A program made the translations under genes and the position numbers. The notes beneath the pieces are model-generated. The model made no database searches. It worked only from the letters and a program-made list of their open reading frames with translations, and had not been told where the DNA came from. Of a stretch of 64,000 bases of DNA, positions 17,120-27,592 are shown in pieces. Source of the stretch: an uncultured bacterium (GTDB taxonomy: Bacteria; Zixibacteria; MSB-5A5; GN15; FEB-12); contig CBFDBU010000001.1 in assembly GCA_965603125.1 (NCBI GenBank), positions 118,588 to 182,587 of the forward strand, read 5' to 3'. Positions within the stretch are counted from its first letter, which is position 1. The number at the start of each line of letters is the position of its first letter.

Positions 17120-18946
17120 CTACGGACACGGCGGCGGTATCGGGCCGTCGTTGAACATGTAGTCCACCAAGTAGACCAGGTCGGCAATGTCTATCGGTGC
17201 GACTCCGCTGCCGTCAATGTCGCCTTCTTCAAAGCACTCAGGCTCGGGCCCTTGGTTGAACATGAAGTCCACCAAGTACACCAAATCGGCAATGTCGATA
17301 GGCAAAACGCCGCTGTGGTCGACGTCGCCGCGGATCACGCAGCAACCCTGCGGAGGGAGCGCCGCGATTGCCGTTACGAGATTGGGCAGGGGACCGATAT
17401 TCTGCGTTACGGGATATGTCCCTGCCTGCTGCGGTGAACCGGTGGCTTTGAGAATCGAAAGCACATCGCCGGGTGGCAAAGCCGTACCTATGTCGGAAGG
17501 CTGACATCCTCCCTGCTCCTTGTAGACGCTCTGGAGGATGGCGGCCGCGGAGGCCACGATGGGTGCTGCACTGGATGTTCCGGAGAAGCCGTCTTCGTAC
17601 CAATAGTTCTTGCCGTCGATGGAGTAGTGATTCCCGTAGCCGGTGGTCATCACACGCTCGCCCCAACCCTGGAGATCGACTCGTGAACCATAGTTGGAAA
17701 ACCACATCCGCGACCGGGGGGTATCGGTGCCGCCGAACGCCGCCGGCGCCGCACCTGCTCCGACAATGATAGCCCCGGAGTTGTTCCCCGGGAGGAACGG
17801 CCAGTGGCCGCCGTTGCCGGTGCCGTAGATCGGGTCGTCCAGGTCCTCGCGGCCGTTTCCGGCGCATTCGACAACCGTGACACCGTTACCGACGCAGGTC
17901 ACGATTGCTTCATACCACGACTGCCACCACTCGACGGGGATCAAGCCGTCGTCCGGGTACGGCTGTTGCCCGGTGTAGTTTGGGCCGGCGAGCTGCTGCT
18001 CGATCAGGAAGACCGCTCCCGGCTGCCAGTATACAAGCGGCAGTACGTGTAACAGGGCGGTGCCAATCTGCCAGCCGTAGGTCGCGAAATTGGTGGGGGC
18101 GGCCCAAGCCGAAGCGCCGTAGCTGGCCCCGGTAGTGCCCACGCCGTCGCTGAAACTGATCATCACCCCCAGTACCGCCGTGCCGTGGTTGTCATCGCTG
18201 TAGGGATCAACCGGTGTGTAGCCCGGGGGGATCAGTTCCGAATAGGACGCCGTGATATCGTTGTGGTCCAGATTCCAGGAATACTCGAAATCGCAGATCT
18301 TGGTGCCGAAGCAGCCGCTCCCATTACCGCCGGCGTCGCTCCACAAACTCCAGGCGGCGGTGGCGCCTATGCCGTCCGGCGCGTCGTTGAGATACCCCTG
18401 GAGGTACTGGTAGTCATCGGGCACAGGCAGGGGGGTTGCAAGAGGCATCGCCAGCGCGACTTCCACTTCCGGAAGCGAATTGAGCTGGTCGATCCAGTCC
18501 TCGGTCGTGATATCCTCCGGGACAGTCAGAACGAAGTAATTGTTCAGATCGGCGATATCCCGGTTCAGTCGACGCTCGGCGCGCGCGACCAGGAAGTCAA
18601 CCATATCCTCCGCCGTAACCGACATACGCGACCACCCACCACCGGCAGCGGTAATCGACCGAAGCACATCGGCGCCCCTGGATTTGAGCACCTGGCCGGC
18701 TCGATCATAAGGCTCGCCTTCGCCTGTGAGGCCGATGTCAAGCTCATCGACGAACTTGACCTCGACATGGCGCCGACTAAACCCAGGTGCTATCGAGACC
18801 TCGGTCGGCTTGACGGCCTTTTTGCGCGGTTTGAACTCGGCTCCGCCGGCTGCAGCAGCGAGAAGAAGCGTGCCCATCAACAGGAGCACGAGCCCGGTTT
18901 TCGGATTTACATTCACTTGTAGCCTCCGGGATTTTATATCCAACAA
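17120..18946 (-). CDS. Secreted subtilisin-like (S8) serine protease with C-terminal double dockerin-like module
   Basis: Signal peptide. The subtilase His motif is DDNHGTAVLGV and the Ser motif is FSGTSSAAPIVASAAA. The C-terminus is [28 protein letters not shown]...[34 protein letters not shown], i.e. two EF-hand/dockerin-like repeats. Confidence 0.85.
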   Translation of the reverse strand: MLDIKSRRLQVNVNPKTGLVLLLMGTLLLAAAAGGAEFKPRKKAVKPTEVSIAPGFSRRHVEVKFVDELDIGLTGEGEPYDRAGQVLKSRGADVLRSITAAGGGWSRMSVTAEDMVDFLVARAERRLNRDIADLNNYFVLTVPEDITTEDWIDQLNSLPEVEVALAMPLATPLPVPDDYQYLQGYLNDAPDGIGATAAWSLWSDAGGNGSGCFGTKICDFEYSWNLDHNDITASYSELIPPGYTPVDPYSDDNHGTAVLGVMISFSDGVGTTGASYGASAWAAPTNFATYGWQIGTALLHVLPLVYWQPGAVFLIEQQLAGPNYTGQQPYPDDGLIPVEWWQSWYEAIVTCVGNGVTVVECAGNGREDLDDPIYGTGNGGHWPFLPGNNSGAIIVGAGAAPAAFGGTDTPRSRMWFSNYGSRVDLQGWGERVMTTGYGNHYSIDGKNYWYEDGFSGTSSAAPIVASAAAILQSVYKEQGGCQPSDIGTALPPGDVLSILKATGSPQQAGTYPVTQNIGPLPNLVTAIAALPPQGCCVIRGDVDHSGVLPIDIADLVYLVDFMFNQGPEPECFEEGDIDGSGVAPIDIADLVYLVDYMFNDGPIPPPCP

Positions 18947-19235
18947 TATCTGTGTTTCACCTTAACCATGGCGTTGCGCGTTACTGGGCTGACACCTGAC
19001 GTCGTGCTGCCGGTAAAACGATGGGACCAACTTATGTCAACGATCCTGGATCAGACACCCTCAGGCATTCGGATACATCTCCGCACCAACTCAATATACG
19101 AACGTAAGTCGTTGACGTCAAGGTGAATCTGGCTATCCCAATCGAAATTCGCGAACGAACTCAGCTTCTACCTTCGCCCGAAGCACGCCATAAAGACCCC
19201 GGCGTACATGTAGTCAACAAAAGCGGCATTGCCGC

Positions 19236-22097
19236 CTACGGGCACGGTGGTGGCGGTGGGCCGCTGTTGAACATATAATCCACCAGATAGACCAAATCAG
19301 CTATGTCGATAGGTTCCACACCACTGCCGTCTACGTCGCCTTCCCCCCAGCACACGGGAATGGGTCCCTCGTTGAACATGTAGTCCACTAAGTAGACCAG
19401 GTCAGCGATGTCTATCGGAAGGACACCGCTGTGGTCTATGTCTCCAGGGATGGCGCAGCACATAGGATCGCAGGCATCGCCAAGACCATCGCTATCGGCA
19501 TCTTCCTGACCGGGGTTGTAGTCGTTCGGGCAGTTGTCGGTCTCGTTGTCAATGCCGTCGCCGTCCCGGTCGCTGTCACAAACGTCACCAAGACCGTCGC
19601 CATCAGTATCCTCCTGACCTGGATTAGGCACGGTGGGACAGTTGTCGCAGACATCGCCCACGCCATCCGTGTCGCCATCTTCCTGGCCGGGGTTGTAGTC
19701 GTCCGGGCAGTTGTCGGTCTCGTTGTCAATGCCGTCACCGTCTCGGTCGCTGTCACAAACGTCACCGAGGCCGTCGCCGTCGGCGTCTTCCTGGCCTGGA
19801 TTGTAGTCGTTGGGACAGTTGTCAACAGGATCCACCACGCCGTCGTCGTCCCGGTCCGGTGCCCAGCGGGCAATATAATCGACACGAACCCCTCCGGCAG
19901 TCGTGAATTCTCCCCCGGCAATCAGCTCACTGTTGTAGACCGTCAGGGAGCGGACCCTGTCATTCATCCCCGAGCCGAGCGGTTGCCATGTCGAACCATC
20001 CCAGCGGGCAACACGATTGGCAGTAACCCCACCGGCAGTCGTGAAATATCCTCCGGCGATCAGGTCACCGTCGTAGACCGTAAGGGAGTAGACATTGTCA
20101 TTCATCCCCGAGCCGAGTGGTTGCCATGTAGAACCATCCCAGCGGGCAACACGATTGGCAGTAACCTCACCGGCAGTCGTGAAATATCCTCCGGCGATCA
20201 GGTCGCCGTCGTAGACCGTAAGGGAGTAGACATTGTCATTCATCCCCGAGCCGAGTGGTTGCCAGGTCGAACCATCCCAGCGGGCAATATAATTGGCAGC
20301 AACCCCATCGGCAGTCGTGAACCATCCCCCGGCGATCAGCTCACCGTTATAGACCTTCAGGGACATGACATTGTCATTCATCCCCGAGCCGAGTGGTTGC
20401 CAGGTCGAACCATCCCAGCGGGCAATATACTTGACAGCAACCCCGCCGGCAGTCCAGAATTGTCCCCCGGCGATCAGCTCACCGTTGTAGACCGTCAGGG
20501 AGTAGACATAGTCGCTCATTCCCGAGCCGAGCGGCTGCCAGGTCGAACCGTTCCAGAGGGCAATATACTTGGCAAAAACCCCACCGGCATACCAGAAATA
20601 TCCCCCTGCGATCAGCTCACAGTTGCAGACCGTCAGAGAGTACACCGGGCCAGCCATCCCCCAGCCAAGCGGTTGCCATGTGGAACCGTTCCAGCGGGCA
20701 ATACCATAGGCAGTAACCCAACCGGCAGTAGTGAAATCTCCCCCGGCGATCAGATCACCGTTGTAGACCGTCAGGGAGAAAACATGGTTATTCATCCCCG
20801 GGCCGAGCCATTGACAGGTCGAACCATCCCAGCGGGCAATATAATCGGCAGCAACCCCACCGGCAGTCGTGAAATCTCCTCCGGCGATCAGTTTCCCGTC
20901 GTACACGGTCAGGGACCAGACCAAGTCATTCATCCCCGAGCCGAGCGGTTGCCATACCGAACCATCCCAGCGAGCGATTCTGTTGGCAGCAACCCCACCG
21001 GCAGTCGTGAATTTTCCCCCGGCGATCAGTTCACCGTTGTAGACCAGCAGGGAGTAGACAAAGTGATTCATCCCCGAGCCGAGCGGTTGCCATGTCGAAC
21101 CGTTCCAGCGGGCAATATAATCGGCAGCAACCCCACCGGCAGTCGTGAACCTTCCCCCGGCAATCAGGTCGCCGTTGTAGACCGTCAGGGAGTTGACAGA
21201 GGAGAACAGAGAGCCACTCATCCCCAAGCCGAGCGGGTGCCAGGTCGAACCATCCCAGCGGGCGACACGACTGGCAGCAACCCCACCGGCATACGTGAAA
21301 TCTCCCCCGGCGATCAACTCACCGTTATAGACCGTCAGGGAGCGGACCTCGTTATTCATCCCCGTGCCGAGCCGTTGCCATGTCGAACCATCCCAGCGGG
21401 CAATACGACTGGCAACAAGCCCACCGGCCTTAGTGAACCGTCCCCCTGCGATCAGATCACCGTTGTAGACCGTCAGGGAGTAGACATTGTCATTCATTCC
21501 CGAGCCGAGTGGTTGCCAGGTCGAACCATCCCAGCGGGCAATATAATTGGCAGTAACCCCACCGGCAGTCGTGAAATATCCCCCGGCGATCAACTCACCA
21601 TTGTAGACCGTCAGGGAGCGGACCCTGATGTTCATCCCCGAGCCGAGCGGTTGCCATGTCGAACCATCCCAGCAGGCAACACGATTGGCAGCAACCCCAC
21701 CGGCAGTCGAGAAATCTCCCCCTGCGATCAGATCACCGTTGTAGACCGTCAGGGAGTAAACAGTATAATTCATGCCGACGTCCGGTACGCTCAGGTCGTG
21801 CCAGTATTGATCGTCAGGGTCGGAGTTCGAATTGCTCACCCCGGCAGGAGAGATGACCGGTTCACCCGTTTCTGGATCGATGCGGACATCAAACCCCTCC
21901 AGGTCAAGCGAACCCTCAAACCCGGCTTGCCGAGCCGCTTCGATGTCAAAACTGCCGTCGGGCGCAAGAAACTCCGACGGGTCCGCGCCACTGGATACAT
22001 TCTCAACATCGGAAGCTACAACCACAGACGGTGCAAGCAGTATGATCGCCAGAATGGCGATCACCGATGTTGATGTGAAGTCAGCAACGAGTCGCAT
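19236..22097 (-). CDS. Large secreted protein with 14 Kelch-like 46-aa repeats, thrombospondin type-3 Ca-binding repeats and a double dockerin-like module
   Basis: 953 aa with an N-terminal signal/anchor. There are 14 units of VYSLTVYNG[DE][31 protein letters not shown]... These are followed by [37 protein letters not shown] repeats (TSP3-type). The C-terminal module is homologous to that of the neighbouring S8 protease. Confidence 0.85.
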   Translation of the reverse strand: MRLVADFTSTSVIAILAIILLAPSVVVASDVENVSSGADPSEFLAPDGSFDIEAARQAGFEGSLDLEGFDVRIDPETGEPVISPAGVSNSNSDPDDQYWHDLSVPDVGMNYTVYSLTVYNGDLIAGGDFSTAGGVAANRVACWDGSTWQPLGSGMNIRVRSLTVYNGELIAGGYFTTAGGVTANYIARWDGSTWQPLGSGMNDNVYSLTVYNGDLIAGGRFTKAGGLVASRIARWDGSTWQRLGTGMNNEVRSLTVYNGELIAGGDFTYAGGVAASRVARWDGSTWHPLGLGMSGSLFSSVNSLTVYNGDLIAGGRFTTAGGVAADYIARWNGSTWQPLGSGMNHFVYSLLVYNGELIAGGKFTTAGGVAANRIARWDGSVWQPLGSGMNDLVWSLTVYDGKLIAGGDFTTAGGVAADYIARWDGSTCQWLGPGMNNHVFSLTVYNGDLIAGGDFTTAGWVTAYGIARWNGSTWQPLGWGMAGPVYSLTVCNCELIAGGYFWYAGGVFAKYIALWNGSTWQPLGSGMSDYVYSLTVYNGELIAGGQFWTAGGVAVKYIARWDGSTWQPLGSGMNDNVMSLKVYNGELIAGGWFTTADGVAANYIARWDGSTWQPLGSGMNDNVYSLTVYDGDLIAGGYFTTAGEVTANRVARWDGSTWQPLGSGMNDNVYSLTVYDGDLIAGGYFTTAGGVTANRVARWDGSTWQPLGSGMNDRVRSLTVYNSELIAGGEFTTAGGVRVDYIARWAPDRDDDGVVDPVDNCPNDYNPGQEDADGDGLGDVCDSDRDGDGIDNETDNCPDDYNPGQEDGDTDGVGDVCDNCPTVPNPGQEDTDGDGLGDVCDSDRDGDGIDNETDNCPNDYNPGQEDADSDGLGDACDPMCCAIPGDIDHSGVLPIDIADLVYLVDYMFNEGPIPVCWGEGDVDGSGVEPIDIADLVYLVDYMFNSGPPPPPCP
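19865..21790. repeat. Tandem 138-bp coding repeats (14 units) inside the Kelch-like gene
   Basis: The period is 138 nt. Adjacent units 20033-20170 and 20171-20308 differ at 1 position over their first ~95 nt. Boundaries of the whole array are approximate. Confidence 0.85.
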
Positions 22098-22614
22098 CTT
22101 TTTCCTCCGATATTACTTAGGGTATCTTAATTGTCCGTTGTCTCCAGAATGTCCTTCCGGGCCGTCCGTATCACGCTCTTTTGCAGACAAGCAGGACTAT
22201 GCGGATCACTAACTTAGATGCAATACTGCTCAGGTTAGAAAACGTGCCATTTATGGAATACAGCAGGCGAGAAGCACCTAAATCGTCCGTTCACAACTGC
22301 CTGTCGTCTTATGAGTCATCACGTAGGTAGATGCTGAAACCACCCACGACAGCACTACCTGACCCTTCTGATCCTTCCCCAACGAAGTCGTGCCAACGTT
22401 ATCCCGTCAGTGGAGCAATCCACTCAGTACCGGATGCGTCCACAGGGTCACAACTAATATGGTGTGTGGCGTCAACTTTGTCAAGTGAATTCTTTGTGCT
22501 TCCCGCGCCTTGGTCTCCTACGGACACGGCGGTTCGGGGCCGCATGTCTAATTTCTCCACAATTTCTGCCGATAACTGAAGCAGGCACAGAGGTGAAAAC
22601 CAGAACAGGGGTAA

Positions 22615-23865
22615 ATGATGCATACTGAAACGAAGGTATCAGATAAGGCCAACGCCAAGACGGAATCCGCCAACCGAATGTCGGGTTCGGCGCGGGCTGA
22701 CGAACGGTCAGTCAAGCAGGCGGCCCCGACGCAGGATCGTCTGACCGAGGGCGAGCAACTCCTGGATCGTCTTGCCGAGAGCGGCAAGAAACCCCAATTC
22801 AAGGATCCGACCAGCGTCCCCGACATGAGTAAACCGATCATTGATTCGTCGGGGAAGGTCAGTGAGAAAACGACGGCCGCGAGAAAGACCGTTACACCGG
22901 TCGCCAGGCGCTCGCGAGAACTGAATTCTCTGATCGGTCGCACCTTACGGCTAAAGTTGAAGCAGAAACACATCGTCAAATCGGTGGCGTTCATCTCCAA
23001 CAAGGGTGGCGTGGGGAAAACCCATATAGCGTCGAACATGGCCTTCTACCTGTCGCGCATCGGCAAGAAACCGTTGCTGATCGATCTGGATTTGGGCAAC
23101 TCCGATGTCACCAACAAGCTCGGCTTCTACTGCGACTATACGATCATCGATCTGCTCAAAGGCAACCGCGTCGTGAAAGACCTTATCTACGGCACCCCTC
23201 ACGGTTTCGACATCATCGGCGGTGAATCAGGGAACTTCAAGCTGGCCAACCTGACCGCGCCGCAGAGGAAGCGGTTCATCAGGGTGTTTGAGGATATCCG
23301 CGACGACTACGATTTCGTCCTCATGGACTTGAGCGCCGGGATCGGCACCACCGCGCTTGACTGCGCTCTGGCCCAGGATTACCAGGTAATCGTGACCACT
23401 CCCCAGGATATCGTGGCCGGCTATGCCTGCATCAAGGCGGCTTTCCATCGGTTCAGAGAACTCGAGCAAAAGATGGCCGGGCGCGACCCTGACTACACGC
23501 CGCGTCTGTGGTTCCGTCCGTTCATCGTGCTCAACCAGGTACCGGACTTCCAGACGGGACGCTCCCTGTTCAAGCGGATTCAGGAGGTCGCCCAACAGAA
23601 CCTGGTTGATGATTCGGGATTCAAGTTGGAAGTCAATTTCCTCGGTATTGTAATATCGGATACAGCTCGTATCCGCGATTCGGAATTGAGTCGTGTCTTG
23701 TACAGCAGCAATTTCGGCGCCACACAGGCCGGGCAGTGCTTCAACTTCCTGGCCCACAACATGGCTCAGTATCGTGATCCCAACAACCCAACCTTCACGA
23801 CGAAACTGCGGCGGTTTGTGGACATCTTCCTCAAGTCAGTGGGGGAGACAAAGTACGCGCAGTAA
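22615..23865 (+). CDS. MinD/ParA/FlhG-family P-loop ATPase with ~120-aa low-complexity N-terminal extension
   Basis: Deviant Walker A motif SNKGGVGKTHIASN, followed by LIDLDLGNSDV and VLMDLSAG. The N-terminal region is K/E/S/T-rich and unstructured-looking. The true start is uncertain. Confidence 0.75.
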   Translation: MMHTETKVSDKANAKTESANRMSGSARADERSVKQAAPTQDRLTEGEQLLDRLAESGKKPQFKDPTSVPDMSKPIIDSSGKVSEKTTAARKTVTPVARRSRELNSLIGRTLRLKLKQKHIVKSVAFISNKGGVGKTHIASNMAFYLSRIGKKPLLIDLDLGNSDVTNKLGFYCDYTIIDLLKGNRVVKDLIYGTPHGFDIIGGESGNFKLANLTAPQRKRFIRVFEDIRDDYDFVLMDLSAGIGTTALDCALAQDYQVIVTTPQDIVAGYACIKAAFHRFRELEQKMAGRDPDYTPRLWFRPFIVLNQVPDFQTGRSLFKRIQEVAQQNLVDDSGFKLEVNFLGIVISDTARIRDSELSRVLYSSNFGATQAGQCFNFLAHNMAQYRDPNNPTFTTKLRRFVDIFLKSVGETKYAQ

Positions 23866-24122
23866 CTTCGCTGACGAGGCGGTCTTTTCACCCGGCTACG
23901 GCTATCGTGGCCGGGTTTTCTTTGGCCCATTACTGTTGGATACGATACACTGGTTCCCTTCCAGGCCATACGTTCGCCGGCAGGTTCAGTCCGTTGTCCA
24001 CCGATCCGCCACCGAGAAATCACCGTAATCCTGCTTGCGGCACGGCGCTCGTGGAGTATATTCCCGTTCCGGACAGATGAAACAACATATCCGATAATTG
24101 TCGCGAGGCGACGGGAGATATT

Positions 24123-25514
<1,392 letters not shown>

Positions 25515-25610
25515 GGGACTCGGGAACAGTCAGCGATGAGGGTCTCGCAGCCTGCGGTGTTTGCCTTGCCTGGTGACAAAGATCAGGCAGCACTATTCCC
25601 ACAACAGAAA

Positions 25611-25632
25611 AGCGGAGCATCCATGCTCCGCT
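25611..25632 (+). terminator. Hairpin downstream of fumC (weak U-tract)
   Basis: AGCGGAGC-atccat-GCTCCGCT followed by TTCACTCT, about 100 nt after the fumC stop codon. Confidence 0.35.
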
Positions 25633-25762
25633 TTCACTCTGTGCGGTAACCTGCTCATGCGACCGTCCGTGTCGGATAAGCAGCGAACTAGGAGGTTCTA
25701 CATCTTAAACGCCTGGGATGGAGTTTTGTTCAGCATTTTTGCGTGATTACCGATGACCTCAA

Positions 25763-25777
25763 GGTCACAATGTGACC
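25763..25777. promoter_or_regulatory. Perfect 15-bp palindrome GGTCACA-A-TGTGACC (candidate operator), with a related GTCAC-AAC-GTGAC at 25860-25872
   Basis: Both palindromes sit inside a degenerate ~87-bp tandem duplication just upstream of, or overlapping, the start of the RqcH-like gene. Confidence 0.3.
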
Positions 25778-25885
25778 TATATCCGCTCAGTGAAGACGTT
25801 CTTGTACATCACGGTGGGCTTTTCTTCGCACTATCACCGATAGCCTCAAGTTGATAAAAGTCACAACGTGACCTATATTCGTCCT

Positions 25886-27574
25886 ATGCAAACGTCTTTG
25901 CACATTATGGCGCTGGTGGCCGAATTGAAACGGGAGGTTGTCAGCGGCATGATCACCGGCACCAAGTTCTATAAGAAAGAGCGGGCGGCGTATTTCTTTG
26001 TCAAGAAGGACAGATCGCGCCTGGCGCTGGGTTTCATTTACCACCCAGCCGGATCGGGCGTCTTCCTGGTACCCGCCTCCAAGGTGAAGGTCGAAACGCG
26101 CGAGAAGCCGTGGCCGATTTTCGACATCAAAGGCGCTGTCATTGCCGATGTTGAGCAGTACCCGTGCGACCGTATCTTCAGACTGGCAATCGAGAAAGAC
26201 GGTGTCCTCTCGCACCTGGTTTGCGAAGCGCTGGGGCCGAACGGGAATATCTGGCTACTTGACGAGGCGTTCGCCGTTCGCGCGACCCTTCGCAAGAAGA
26301 AACATGTGCCGGGCGAGAAATATAAGTCAGCGCCGTTGCCGGAGAAGATCAACCCGCTGACGCTGTCGGCGTCGGTGTTTGCCGGGGCTGTTGGTGAGGA
26401 ACCGAATCTGTCTCCGACTGTGTTTCTTCAGAAGAACGTCCTGAGCTTCAACCGCAGTCTGGCCCGCGAGGCGCTGCGCCGCGCCGGAACCGAGGCCCCG
26501 GGGAGATGGGATGTCGATCCGCCCGAGCTGGCGCGATGCATCAGGGATATCGCGCGGCGATTCACCGAGCCGGGCACGGGCTACCTGCATCACATGGGAG
26601 AGACCGTCGAGGTCTACCCCTTCAAGCTCCCCCTTGCCACGGAACCTCCCCAGAAGTACAAGACCCTCTCACTGGCGGTGATGGCCATGTGCCATGCCCG
26701 ACGCAGCAACGCTGAGACGGTCGACGAGTCAAAGACCATCAGGGCTGCCGTGCGGCGGGCAGTGAAGCGCCTGGAACGACGCCTGACAAGGATCGAGCAG
26801 GACCTGCAGCAGGCCGCCGACTACAACAGTTACCGCAGCTTGGGTGAACTCCTTCAGATCAATTTTGACAGCATCAAGAGGGGGATGGACCAGATCGAGG
26901 TCGATGACGTCTACAAAGACCCGCCCGCAAGAACCACGATACCGCTCGACCCGGCCCTTTCGCCAAAAGAAAATGTCGAAGCTTATTTCAAGAAGCATCG
27001 CAAGGGGCGACATGGCCGGAAGCTGCTGAGCAGGCGCCTCGAGATTACCGAAAGCGAATTGGCACAATTGGAGGAGATACAAACCGTCCTCGAGGCGGAT
27101 ATTGAATCCGCCCGCGAGCGCTACCGTCAGGAGCTGGCGGCGCTGATGCCGCAAGCGGCTCCCGGCGGGCGCGAGGCCGTTCCCCGGCGGCCGTACCGGG
27201 AGCACCTGCTGTCCACCGGTCTGAGGATACTCGTTGGCCGCGACGGCGCCGACAACGACCGCACGACGTTCGAGTTCGCCCGGCCCTACGAGCTCTGGTT
27301 CCATACCCAGCAGTGCCCCGGTTCGCATGTGGTGATGAAATACCCGAACAAGTCGTTTGAGCCGTCGAAAGGGGAGATCGAAGAGGCGGCTGCGATTGCT
27401 GCATACCACAGCAGGGCGAAGAACGATTCGTTGGTGCCGGTCATCTACACCGAACGGCGCTACGTCCGCAAACCCCGCAAGGTCAAACCGGGACTGGTAA
27501 CGGTGGAGCGGGAGAAATCGATCATGGTTGCCCCCAGGAGCCCGAGCAAGGTCGAACACAAGCCCACCCGGTGA
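25886..27574 (+). CDS. RqcH/FbpA-like NFACT-family protein (ribosome quality control / fibronectin-binding protein A family)
   Basis: About 560 aa. The C-terminal NFACT-R/DUF814-like region is RILVGRDGADNDRTTFEFARPYELWFHTQQCPGSHVVMKYP. There is a central coiled-coil. The start is ATG 25886 (MQTSLHIMALVAELK) or GTG 25868. Confidence 0.8.
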   Translation: MQTSLHIMALVAELKREVVSGMITGTKFYKKERAAYFFVKKDRSRLALGFIYHPAGSGVFLVPASKVKVETREKPWPIFDIKGAVIADVEQYPCDRIFRLAIEKDGVLSHLVCEALGPNGNIWLLDEAFAVRATLRKKKHVPGEKYKSAPLPEKINPLTLSASVFAGAVGEEPNLSPTVFLQKNVLSFNRSLAREALRRAGTEAPGRWDVDPPELARCIRDIARRFTEPGTGYLHHMGETVEVYPFKLPLATEPPQKYKTLSLAVMAMCHARRSNAETVDESKTIRAAVRRAVKRLERRLTRIEQDLQQAADYNSYRSLGELLQINFDSIKRGMDQIEVDDVYKDPPARTTIPLDPALSPKENVEAYFKKHRKGRHGRKLLSRRLEITESELAQLEEIQTVLEADIESARERYRQELAALMPQAAPGGREAVPRRPYREHLLSTGLRILVGRDGADNDRTTFEFARPYELWFHTQQCPGSHVVMKYPNKSFEPSKGEIEEAAAIAAYHSRAKNDSLVPVIYTERRYVRKPRKVKPGLVTVEREKSIMVAPRSPSKVEHKPTR

Positions 27575-27592
27575 ATGCCGCCGGGATCGCGC

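Noticed and set aside
19431-22073. 880-aa ORF on the plus strand, antisense to the Kelch-like repeat gene.
   Set aside because: Its translation is a monotonous Gly/Pro/Arg/Ser-rich mirror of the 138-bp repeats, with no signal, motif or RBS. The minus-strand product has clear domain logic (signal peptide, Kelch-like repeats, TSP3, dockerin). Long antisense ORFs are expected in GC-rich repetitive DNA.
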